Source: an uncultured Alphaproteobacteria bacterium (GTDB lineage: Bacteria > Pseudomonadota > Alphaproteobacteria > Rhizobiales > Afifellaceae). Taken from it: 64,000 nt of DNA. Location: positions 33,546-97,545 of the forward strand of contig CAVQJW010000023.1 in assembly GCA_963712925.1 (NCBI GenBank), given 5' to 3'. Each line of letters opens with the position of its first letter. Within the stretch, counting starts at the first letter, position 1. This document shows, piece by piece, positions 55,525 to 64,000 of the stretch. The notes under the pieces were generated by a model, which ran no database searches, was not told the DNA's origin, and saw only the letters and a program-made list of their open reading frames with translations. A program made the translations under genes and the position numbers.

Positions 55525-56520
55525 TCAACCTTCCTTCAGCTTAGCCGTATCCGACGCCGGCTTCTGGTCAGGAAGCGGCGGCGTGCCGTGCGTATGAAAG
55601 CTCTCGATGGTCTTAAGCCCCCAGGCCTGGCCGAGCTTGCGCTCCGCCTCGCTCCACACGATCGGCTTCCAGTCGGGCGCGAGGATCAGTCGCGCGCCGG
55701 CATTCGCCACCTCGACGCGGTTGCCGCCCGGCTCGTAGACATAGAGGAAGAAGGTCTGCTGGATCGCGTGCTTGTGCGGGCCGGTCTCGATGAAGACGCC
55801 GTTCTCCTTGAAGATGTCGGCGGCACGCAGGATCTCCTCGCGGCTGTCGAGCGCGAAGGTGATGTGGTGGAAGCGCCCCTTCACGCCGTGCGCCTCGCGC
55901 GTATAGGCGAAGTCGTAGCCCTTGTTGGTGCAGGTGAGCCACATGCCCGCCTCGCTGCCGTCGTCGAGCACGATCTGCTCGGTCAGCCGGAAGCCGAGAT
56001 AATCCTCGAAGAAGATTCTGTTGGCGCGGATATCGGCGGCGAGACAGTTGAAATGGTCGAGCCGCCGCACGTTGACGCCGCGCGCCGGGAATTTCTGGGC
56101 CTGGTTCTTGAGATACGGCTTCAGTTCCGGCGGCGCCTCGTACCACTCCGTCTCGTAATAGAGTTCGATCACATGCCCGTCCGGATCGTGGAACCGATAG
56201 GAGGGACCGTGTCCGAGGTCGCCGTCGGTCCAGCCGATCTCGCAGCCTGAGCCTTTGAGGGCGGCGACGCGGCGCTCAAGCGCCTGCGGACTGCGGGCAC
56301 GAAACGCGACATGGCCGAGGCCGGAGGTTTTGAAATCGGTGAGCTTCAGCGAATAGAGCTCGTAATCGTCCCAGCCACGCAGGAAGACCGAGGCGCCGTC
56401 GCGGCCGCTCACCGTCATGCCCATCACGTCAACAAAGAAGCGAAGCAATTCATCGGCCTTCGGCGTCAGCACTTCGAGGTGGCCGAGATGGGCCACATCC
56501 ATGATCGGTTCGCTTGCCAT
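55525..56520 (-). CDS. type I (VOC-fold) extradiol ring-cleavage dioxygenase, catechol 2,3-dioxygenase-like
   Basis: A two-domain VOC pattern: HLGHLEVLT..; GLGHVAFRA; RLDHFNCLA; GRFHHITFAL..HAIQQTFFLYVYEPGGNRVE. Confidence 0.85.
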   Translation of the reverse strand: MASEPIMDVAHLGHLEVLTPKADELLRFFVDVMGMTVSGRDGASVFLRGWDDYELYSLKLTDFKTSGLGHVAFRARSPQALERRVAALKGSGCEIGWTDGDLGHGPSYRFHDPDGHVIELYYETEWYEAPPELKPYLKNQAQKFPARGVNVRRLDHFNCLAADIRANRIFFEDYLGFRLTEQIVLDDGSEAGMWLTCTNKGYDFAYTREAHGVKGRFHHITFALDSREEILRAADIFKENGVFIETGPHKHAIQQTFFLYVYEPGGNRVEVANAGARLILAPDWKPIVWSEAERKLGQAWGLKTIESFHTHGTPPLPDQKPASDTAKLKEG

Positions 56521-56601
56521 AGGACCCGGAAGATCGCGCGTGGGGCCCGCGGTCAGCGCCGCGGGCGACTTGAAAAACGGTAGAGCGTTCTCCCCCGGCT
56601 T

Positions 56602-56760
56602 TCAACGGCGCGGCAGCGCCTCGCGGATCGGCGTGCGCGAGACTTTGAAAGTCGGCGCGAGCCTGACCTCGTGAAGCCGCTCGCCCGGCGCAATGCCAGG
56701 CGCTTGCTGGCAAAGCCGGCCGCGGCCTAGGCTCTTCCCGTCAGGACCGCGGAAAGCCAT
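56602..56760 (-). pseudogene. truncated GntR-family regulator (HTH-only, 52 codons)
   Basis: MAFRGPDGKSLGRGRLCQQAPGIAPGERLHEVRLAPTFKVSRTPIREALPRR*, with the GntR signature PGERL..LA..F.VSRTPIREAL. Only about 80 nt remain before the dioxygenase start, so no effector domain is present. Confidence 0.45.
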
Positions 56761-59240
56761 GCCGAAAAGCGATCTCGAGACCTACCGCAAGAAGCGGAAT
56801 TTCCGCCGCACCAGCGAGCCTGCCGGCGCCGGCTCGAGCCGCGCCGGCAACCTCTTCATGATCCACAAGCACGACGCGACGCGGCTCCATTACGATCTGC
56901 GCCTGCAGGTCGGCGATGTCCTGAAAAGCTGGGCGGTGCCGAGGGGGCCGTCGCTCAATCCCGACGACAAGCGGCTCGCGGTCGAGGTGGAGGACCATCC
57001 GCTCGAATACGGCGACTTCGAAGGCGTCATCCCGGAAGGCGAATATGGCGCTGGCGCCACGATGATCTGGGACCGCGGCACCTGGGCCCCGATGGGGGAC
57101 GCCGATACCGCTTTGAAGTCCGGCACGCTGAAATTCCGCCTGGCCGGCGAGAAGCTGAAGGGCGGGTGGATGCTGACACGGCTGAAGCGTCGGCCGGGAG
57201 ACACTAAGAACAACTGGCTGCTGATCAAGGAGCATGACGACGACGCCGATCCGTCGGTCGATATCCTGGAAGCGCGGCCGGAAAGCGTGAAGTCCGGGCT
57301 CAGGATCGAGGAGCTTCGCGGCGGCGCCGCCTCCGTCTGGCACTCGAAACCGGCAAGGCGGAAGTCGGTCGCATTGAAGCCGGGGGCGCTGAAGGGAGCG
57401 AAACCAAAACCGTTCCCGAAAAGCTTCAAGCCGCAGCTTGCGACGCAGGCGCAAGAGCCGCCGGCGGGCGATCAATGGCTGCACGAGATCAAGTATCGAC
57501 GGCTATCGCACCATCGCGATGGTCGATGGCGGCAAGACGCGCCTCATCACGCGGAACGGCCACGACTGGACCGCGCGCTATGGCGACCTCGCCGCCGCCT
57601 TCGATCGGCTGCCGCTGAAGAGCGCGGTGATCGACGGCGAGATCGTCGTCCTCGACGACGATGGAGTGAGCCGCTTTGGTGCCCTGCAGGACGCGATCGC
57701 CAACGGCGAGACGGCAAGAATGGTCTTCTTCGCCTTCGATCTCCCCTATCTCGACGGCTTCGACCTCTCAGCCGTCACGCTGCGCGAGCGAAAGGCGCTG
57801 CTTGAGAAGCTGCTCCTGCCGTTCGTCGACCAGACTTCGGCGATCCAGCTGAGCGAGCACGTGGTCGGCCAGGGCGCCGCGTTCTTCGACCGCGCCTCAG
57901 AGCATGGACTTGAGGGCGTCGTCTCGAAGCGCGCCGACAGTCCCTATTTCCAGGGCCGCTCGAAGAATTGGGTGAAGGCGAAGGCAAGGCAGATCGAGGC
58001 CTTCACCATCGTCGGCTACACGACTTCGCGCCAGGCGGGCGGGCTCGCAGCCCTGCTCCTTGCAGAGCAGACCGAGGACGGTTTCGCCTATGTCGGCAAG
58101 TGCGGCACCGGCTTCTCCGCGTCGGAGGCCGCGGACCTCGTCAAGCGCTTCGAGGCGCGCGCACGATCAAAGCCGGTTGTGAGCTTCGACGGCCCCTTGC
58201 CGCGGGCGCATTGGATCGAGCCGGGACTCAAGGCCAAGGTCCAGTATTCGCACCGCACCCGCGACAACCAGCTCCGCCACGCCGTCTATCGCGGTCTCCG
58301 CGAACCGGAATTCTCCACGGCGAAGGCCGCGCCGTTGAAGCGCTTCATCACCGACCAGCATCTCGCGCAAATCTGGGTCACCAACCCGGAACGGCGAATG
58401 TTCTCGAAGGATGGGCCGACCAAGCTCGACCTCGCGCTCTATTACGCCAAGGTCGGCGACGCGATGCTGCCGCATATTCTGAAGCGGCCAGTCTCATTGG
58501 TGCGCTGCCCGACCGGCAAGGCGGAGGATTGCTTCTTCCAACGCCATGCCTTCACCGGCATGCCGCCCGAAGTCGGAACGTTCGAGCTGAAGCGCTCGGA
58601 CGAGGAGGACCGCACCTATCTCTTCGTGAAGGACGCGAGCGGCTTCCTCGGGCTCGCTCAGTTCGGCGTGGTCGAGTTCCATCCCTGGGGCTGCCGCGTC
58701 GACAAGGTGGAACGGCCGGATCTGATGTTCTTCGACCTCGATCCGGGCGAAGGCGTCTCCTGGCGGAACGTCAAGCAGGCGGCGCTTCCGGTGCGCGATC
58801 ACCTGCGCAGGATGGGGCTCACCGCCTTCGCAAAAACCTCCGGCAAGAAGGGCATCCACGTCGTCGTGCCGATCAAGCGGGAGATCGGCTGGAAGGAGCT
58901 GCACGAGCGAAGCGGCAAGATCGCGGGCGAGATCGCGACGGCCCATCCCGATACGTTCACAACCAACATGGCGAAGTCGAAACGGAACCGCCGCATCTTC
59001 CTCGACTTCCATCGGAACGCGCGCAGCGCCACCGCAGTCGGCGTCTATTCGCTGCGCGCCGTGCGCGGGCTGCCGGCATCGACGCCGGTCGCCTGGGACG
59101 ATCTCGCCTCAATCGACGCTCCCGAGGATTTGAACTACGCCACCGTTCCCGAGTTCCTGCGGACTTCCGGCGATCCCTGGGCGGACATGGATAAGAATGC
59201 CGGCGCGCTTGGCGGCAAGGGAGTACGCTCGGCAGCCTAG
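56759..59240 (+). pseudogene. ligD: ATP-dependent DNA ligase D (phosphoesterase-ligase-polymerase order), with a 1-nt insertion inside ligase motif I (57494-57497)
   Basis: PE domain: FMIHKHDATRLHYDLRL..WAVPRGPS. The junction reads WLHEIK|Y(c)DGYRTIAMVDGG across ORFs 56693-57805 and 57438-59240. Ligase motifs: EGVVSKR, NWVKAK. Pol/primase domain: VVEFHPWG..FFDLDPGEG..KTSGKKGIHVVVPI. Confidence 0.85.
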
Positions 59241-59281
59241 CGGTGGAGCCTGAATTGTTCATTGCCCGGCCAAACCGGCGG

Positions 59282-59355
59282 AATCGACGCGTTCCCGGGT
59301 TTGAACTAGATTAGCGTTCCCGAGTTCTTAAAGAATTCCGGCGATCCTTAAGCGG
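59282..59355 (+). repeat. degenerate non-coding copy of the ligD 3' end
   Basis: 59282-59355 (aatcgacgcgttcccgggtttgaactagattagcgttcccgagttcttaaagaattccggcgatccttaagcgg) aligns by eye with coding nt 59111-59185. It contains stop codons. Confidence 0.55.
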
Positions 59356-59437
59356 CGACGGGCGGCGGCGTGCCGCCGGTCGAGGCTTCGGACGCCGGTA
59401 TGGTGTCCTCGCGTTTCCGCGTTCGGAGGTTTTGGTC

Positions 59438-60316
59438 ATGGCACCGCGTGCAAGCTGGAAGGGGTATCTGAAGCTCTCGCTCGTGAGCTGTCCGGTCAGG
59501 CTCTACACAGCGACAAGCTCAAGCGAGCGGCTGGCGTTCAACCTGCTCCACAAGGACACCCACAACCGCGTTCAGATGAAGCCCGTCGACCCGGAGCTTG
59601 GTCAGGTCGAGCGCAGCGACCTCGTCAAGGGCTATCAGTACGAGAAGAACCAGTACGTGATCGTCGACGATTCCGACTTCGAGAAGGTGAAGATCGAATC
59701 GACCGAGACGATCGCCATCGAGGCCTTTGTCGACAATGGTGCGATCGACCCCCTCTATGACGACACGCCCTATTTCCTCGCCCCCGACGGGCCGATGGCG
59801 GAAGAGACCTTCGTCGTGCTGCGCGAGGCGATGAAGAAGACCGGGAAGACGGCGGTCGCGCGCATCGTGCTCTCCAACCGCGAGCGCCTCGTCGCAATCG
59901 ATATCCGCGACAAGGGCATGCTGATGCAGACGCTGCGCCGTCCGCAGGAAGTCCGCGCCTCCACGGAATACTTCGCCGACATCTCCGAGAAAGGCGTGGA
60001 CAAGGAGATGTTGCAGCTTGCCGAGAAGCTGATTGAGCAGAAAACCCGTGACTTCAATCCGGCCGAGTTCACCGACCGCTATGAAGAGGGCCTGATGGAG
60101 ATCATCCGTGCCAAGATCGCCGGCGAGACCCCGGTCATGGCGCCGGCGCCGGAGCGCGGCAAGGTGATCAACCTGATGGACGCCTTGAAGAAGAGCCTTT
60201 CGGACAGCAAGCCGCCGGCTGCAAGCAAGGCGCGGAAGACTGGTCAGAAAGCGGCGGCGAACGGGCAGAAGGCTTCGAACGGGCAGAAAGCGGCGCCGAA
60301 AAGAAAGAGCGCCTGA
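59438..60316 (+). CDS. ku: Ku protein (non-homologous end joining)
   Basis: MAPRASWKGYLKLSLVSCPVRLYTAT..; a Lys-rich C-terminal tail. GGAGG lies 8 nt upstream of ATG 59438. Confidence 0.92.
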   Translation: MAPRASWKGYLKLSLVSCPVRLYTATSSSERLAFNLLHKDTHNRVQMKPVDPELGQVERSDLVKGYQYEKNQYVIVDDSDFEKVKIESTETIAIEAFVDNGAIDPLYDDTPYFLAPDGPMAEETFVVLREAMKKTGKTAVARIVLSNRERLVAIDIRDKGMLMQTLRRPQEVRASTEYFADISEKGVDKEMLQLAEKLIEQKTRDFNPAEFTDRYEEGLMEIIRAKIAGETPVMAPAPERGKVINLMDALKKSLSDSKPPAASKARKTGQKAAANGQKASNGQKAAPKRKSA

Positions 60317-60428
60317 GCATGCATGGCCCGGAAAGGATGGAAGCCGCCTTTCGGATAAGACATGCTCAAGGGAAGAGCCGTCAGTTCTGATTCGAACGGA
60401 ACGGCGATGCTTCTGAGGCGGGAGAGTG

Positions 60429-61565
60429 ATGTCGATCGACGGTGCGGCCTTTGCCATTGTCGGAGCGCTTGAGGCGTTTCCGCGCCGGCTCGCCGCCCGC
60501 GAGATCAAGGCGAAGGGCGGCGTGCTTCATCGCGGCATCTCGCGGCAGACGAAATTCGTCGTCTTCGGCCGCCGCCTGATCGAGACGGCGAGCGGCGACC
60601 GGATCCTTCGGCGGATCGGCGAGGCACTTCGCGCCGGCGCGCTGCCGCTGAGCGAGAACGGCTTCCTCACCCTGCTCGGCCTGAGCGAGCCGCCGCCCGG
60701 CCCGCGCGAATTCTCCGCGCGCCAGATCGTCGAGCAGTCCGGTCTCGACCGCGAGCTTTTCGAGCGCCTCGTTCTCTTCGACGCGTTCGAATCCTTCGAG
60801 GACCCGTTCAGCTTCCGCGACCTCGTTGCCGCCAAGCAATATGCGCGGCTTTTCACGGACGGCGCCGACTGGCTCGACGTGGCGCGGGCGACTGCGAAGC
60901 GGCGTCGCGCCGGCGTGAGCGGCGTCTCCGACATCCGTCTGAGGCGCTCCGGACGGAGCAACGTACTGATCGAGAGCGGCGCCACCGTCTCGGAGCTGAA
61001 TGGGCAGCTTCTGCTCGGCATCCCCGCCGAGGATCTTGACCAAGCCGAGCGGCTCTTCGAAGAGGCCGGCGCGGCGGAAGCGGCGGAGGACTGGCGGCGC
61101 GCCGCGAGCCTTTACCGCCGCTGCCACGAGATCGAGCCGCAGGACCCGGTTGTCGCCTTCAACCTTTCGCACGCGCTTCTGAAGAGCGGCGATTGGAAGG
61201 AGGCGCAGCTTTTTCTAAACAAGGTGCTGGCGCTCGATCCGCGCTACGCCGAGGCCTGGTACAACCTCGCCGCGATCGCGCGGGCGCGGAAGGAGTTCGA
61301 CGCGGCAAAGCGGCACCTGCGAAACGCCATCGCCGCCGATCCGGGCTATCCCGACCCACTCTACAATCTCGCGTTGCTGGAGTTCGACGCCGGGAACCAC
61401 GCGAAGGCGACAGAGCTCTGGGAGAAGTATCTGACGCTCGACCCGGATTCCGCCTGGGGCAGGAAGGCGCGCTACGGGCTGCAGCTGATCGCCATGCTGA
61501 CCGGCAAGCCCGGCAGCGCCGGCGATATCGAAGCGGCGGCGGACAAGCTTCGCATCGTCCGATGA
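60429..61565 (+). CDS. BRCT-like domain / TPR repeat fusion protein
   Basis: The N-terminus FAIVGALEAFPRRLAAREIKAKGGVLHRGISRQTKFVVFG....LSENGFLTLLG resembles the LigA-type BRCT pattern. The C-terminus has TPR repeats (AEAWYNLAAIA.., PDPLYNLALLEFDAGNHAKA..). Confidence 0.65.
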   Translation: MSIDGAAFAIVGALEAFPRRLAAREIKAKGGVLHRGISRQTKFVVFGRRLIETASGDRILRRIGEALRAGALPLSENGFLTLLGLSEPPPGPREFSARQIVEQSGLDRELFERLVLFDAFESFEDPFSFRDLVAAKQYARLFTDGADWLDVARATAKRRRAGVSGVSDIRLRRSGRSNVLIESGATVSELNGQLLLGIPAEDLDQAERLFEEAGAAEAAEDWRRAASLYRRCHEIEPQDPVVAFNLSHALLKSGDWKEAQLFLNKVLALDPRYAEAWYNLAAIARARKEFDAAKRHLRNAIAADPGYPDPLYNLALLEFDAGNHAKATELWEKYLTLDPDSAWGRKARYGLQLIAMLTGKPGSAGDIEAAADKLRIVR

Positions 61566-62191
61566 ATGTCCTGCGGACGGGGCCGGACAAGGCACGCCCC
61601 GCGATCGTGCTCGCGCACGGCGCCGGCGCGCCGATGGACAGCCGCTTCATGAACCAGATCGCAGAAGCGCTTGCGGAGCGCGGCCTGAGGACGATCCGCT
61701 TCGAGTTCGCCTATATGGCGGCGCGTCGCAGCGGCGAGGGTCGGAAACCGCCACCCCGCGCCGACAGGGTGATGGGCGAATATCGCGCCGTCGTTGAAGC
61801 GCTCGCCGCGGAAGGACCGCTCGTCATCGGCGGCAAGTCGATGGGCGGACGCGTCGCCTCGATGGTCGCCGACGAGCTCTTTCGCGAAGCGCGGATCATG
61901 GGGCTTGTCTGCCTCGGCTATCCGTTCCATCCGCCGGGAAGCCCGGAGAAACTTCGGACCGCGCATCTTAAGGACCTGACCGCGCCGACCCTGATCTGCC
62001 AGGGCACGCGCGATCCGTTCGGCACAAAGGAGGACGTCGCGGGCTACGAGCTTTCGCCCGCGATTGCGATCCGCTGGCTCGAAGGCGGCGACCACGATTT
62101 TCGGCCGCCCAAGGGCGCAGCCGTGACGGCGAAGCAGAATCTCGCCTCCGCCGCCGATGCGATCGTGACGTTTGCGGAGTCGGTTGCCTAG
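61562..62191 (+). CDS. alpha/beta-fold hydrolase (KANL3/Tex30-like, COG3571-type)
   Basis: ATG 61562 overlaps the upstream TGA (ATGA). AIVLAHGAGAPMDS; nucleophile elbow GGKSMGGR; GTRDPFG; GGDHDF. Confidence 0.75.
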   Translation: MNVLRTGPDKARPAIVLAHGAGAPMDSRFMNQIAEALAERGLRTIRFEFAYMAARRSGEGRKPPPRADRVMGEYRAVVEALAAEGPLVIGGKSMGGRVASMVADELFREARIMGLVCLGYPFHPPGSPEKLRTAHLKDLTAPTLICQGTRDPFGTKEDVAGYELSPAIAIRWLEGGDHDFRPPKGAAVTAKQNLASAADAIVTFAESVA

Positions 62192-63062
62192 TCCAGCCCC
62201 GCGCGGCGGCGCGCCACCAAGCCGAGGCTCGACCAGTCCTTCTCGCCGTCGCCGTGGCCGATCGCGTCGATCAGGTTGTCCCGGACGACGCTGCCGAAGG
62301 GAAGCGGCACGCCTGCCGCCTCGCCCGCCGCAAGCGCCAGCCGTACGTCCTTGAGGCCGAGCACGGTCTTGAAGAGGGCCGGCTCGAACTGCCGGTCGAG
62401 GATGAGCTTGCCGTAGACCTTGAAGGCCGGCGCGGCGAAGAGCGTGCCGGTCAGGATCTCGAAGAATCCTTCGTCTTGAGCCCGTTCCGCTCGCCGAGCG
62501 CATAGGCTTCCGCGATCGTCTCGATCGTGCAGGCGAGCACGAAGTTGCAGGCGATCTTGGTGGCGTTCGCGACATGCGGCTCGGTGCCGACGCTCCAGGT
62601 CTTCTGGCCCATCGCATCGAAGAGCGGCTGCACGCGCGCGATCGCCGCCGGATCGCCGGCTGCCATGATGTTGAGCTTGCCGGCCGCAGCGGCATCGGGC
62701 CGGCCGAGCACGGGTGCCGCGACATAGGCGACGCCCTTTTCGGCATGCGCAGCGGCAAGCTCCTTGCCGAGGGCAAGCGAGATCGTCGCCATCTGTGCGT
62801 GGACGATCCCCTTCGGGGCCTTGTCCAGCAGCCCGCTGTCGAGGACGACGGCGCGCACTGCCTCGTCGTTGGAAAGCATGCTGACGACGGCATCGCCCGA
62901 AAACGCCTCCGCCGCCGTTGCGACCGGCACCGCGCCCTTCGCTGCCTGCGCCTGCGCCGGCGCCGGCGTGCGGTTCCACACCCGCACCTTATGCCCCGCC
63001 TCGACGAGCCGCGTTGCCATCGCCGCGCCCATTGCGCCGATGCCGATAAATCCAACGTCCAT
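62188..63062 (-). pseudogene. NAD(P)-dependent oxidoreductase (3-hydroxyisobutyrate dehydrogenase family), 1-nt frameshift near 62473-62478
   Basis: MDVGFIGIGAMGAAMATRLVEAGHKVRVWNRT...AYALGERNGLK in ORF 62451-63215 continues one frame over as DEGFFEILTGTLFAAPAFKVYGKLIL..GLKDVRLAL.. in the tail of ORF 62188-62979. Confidence 0.75.
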
Positions 63063-63180
63063 GAGTGCTGACCTTCGTGCTGAGAAAATCCGAGGAAGCA
63101 CGACCGCTCGGGCCGCGCCCGGCGTCAACCGCCAGAATGCGGAGGGACTATAAACGCTGCGCCTGGGGACGGGATAGCGG

Positions 63181-64000
63181 TCAATCCGACCCAGGCTCGA
63201 GCGCAGGGCGCACACCCTGCCGATGATGCGCTACGATCTCCGACAGGATCGAGAGTGCGATTTCCTCCGGCGTGATCGCGCCGAGGTTGAGGCCGGCTGG
63301 CGCTTTCAGCGCTTCCAATCGCTCCGCGGACACGCCTTCCTTCAAGAGCTTGGCGCGAAGCGCCTCCGCCTTGCGGCGGCTGCCGACGAAGGCGACGTAG
63401 CGCGCATCGGCGGCAAGTGCCGCCTTGAGCGCTGCCTCGTCGCCGCGCCCCTGCGTCGACACGACGATGAAGCGCGCGCCCTCCTCCGCCACCGGAAGGG
63501 CGTAGCCCTCGATCCGCCGCTCCACGTCGCCGAAGGCGCCCTGCTCGGCGGCGGGCGCGCAGGCGGTCATCTGGAAGCCGAGACGCCTTCCGAGATCGGC
63601 GAGTGCCACCGCCACCGGGCTCGATCCGCAGATCACGATCTCCGGCCGCGGCAGAACCGGCTCGACGAAGATATCCATCGTGCCCTGGCTCGGGCACATG
63701 TTCTTCGCAAAACGGACGCCTTCCTTCTCGTCCCCCGCCGCGACGCCGCGCGCCTGCAGCACGTCCGGCGGTTCCACGGAGATCAGCCGGGCGCGGCCGT
63801 CGGCGAGCGCATCGCGCGCGGCTTTCAACACCGCAGCGCGGGCGCAGCCGCCGCCGATCCAGCCCTCCGACATCGAGCCGTCGGGGAGGATCACCGCCTT
63901 GGCGCCGGCCTTGGCGGCGGTGACGGAGACGGTCCTGACCACGGTCGCGAGCGCAAAGGGCGCGCCCTTCGCCTTCAGCGTGGAGATGTGATCGAGAATG
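63181..64000 (-). CDS. XdhC/CoxI family molybdoenzyme maturation protein (5' end beyond the window)
   Basis: ..GAPFALATVVRTVSVTAAKAGAKAVILPDGSMSEGWIGGGCAR.. and the Rossmann-like EIVICGSSPVAVALADL. The frame is open to nt 64000. Confidence 0.8.
   Translation of the reverse strand, partial: ILDHISTLKAKGAPFALATVVRTVSVTAAKAGAKAVILPDGSMSEGWIGGGCARAAVLKAARDALADGRARLISVEPPDVLQARGVAAGDEKEGVRFAKNMCPSQGTMDIFVEPVLPRPEIVICGSSPVAVALADLGRRLGFQMTACAPAAEQGAFGDVERRIEGYALPVAEEGARFIVVSTQGRGDEAALKAALAADARYVAFVGSRRKAEALRAKLLKEGVSAERLEALKAPAGLNLGAITPEEIALSILSEIVAHHRQGVRPALEPGSD

Noticed and set aside
1-64000. CRISPR arrays, IS elements, prophage genes, toxin-antitoxin or known defence systems
   Set aside because: No regularly spaced direct repeats were seen. 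No transposase, integrase, capsid or terminase-like translations were found. The lone nucleotidyltransferase (5272-5760) has no HEPN or antitoxin partner.

Overview
High-GC alphaproteobacterial (Rhizobiales-like) chromosomal segment. The taxonomic guess rests on protein families such as BP26/SIMPL, the ArsR-methyltransferase-MetF operon, LigD/Ku and many ABC sugar systems. I find about 70 protein genes or gene remnants and one tRNA. There is no rRNA, no CRISPR, and no recognisable transposase, integrase or phage gene.

Layout:
- 0-17.8 kb: mixed housekeeping genes. These include two transglutaminase-like genes, a GreA-like factor, DoxX, two fold-type-III PLP decarboxylases flanking a LysE exporter, metF with an ArsR/methyltransferase regulator, TrmO, a HisE-like gene and BP26. 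This part ends at a tRNA(CAT) at 17793-17869.
- 18.3-35.2 kb: three carbohydrate or sugar-acid uptake and catabolism modules with LacI, AraC and GntR regulators.
- 36.2-38.3 kb: a kinase-fusion plus DUF3775 gene pair.
- 38.4-46.8 kb: a seven-gene minus-strand operon (M24 hydrolase, dehydrogenase, branched-chain-amino-acid-type ABC transporter) facing a LacI regulator across a perfect palindromic operator.
- 46.8-53.0 kb: a CUT1 sugar transporter / GH32-68-like hydrolase / LacI locus that is heavily frame-disrupted.
- 53.2-56.5 kb: an aromatic ring-cleavage operon with GalB-like, LigK/GalC-like, PhtD-like and VOC-type extradiol dioxygenase genes.
- 56.8-62.2 kb: an NHEJ locus with ligD, ku, a BRCT-TPR protein and an alpha/beta hydrolase.
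- Window end: a dehydrogenase and a partial XdhC-family gene.

The most striking property is the number of broken reading frames: single-base indels, two in-frame stops, one deletion scar, and one locus with roughly 20 frame changes. These concentrate in carbohydrate-uptake genes. Whether they are real decay or assembly error must be settled with read-level data.

All calls come from reading the translated ORFs and the sequence by eye. No database search was run.
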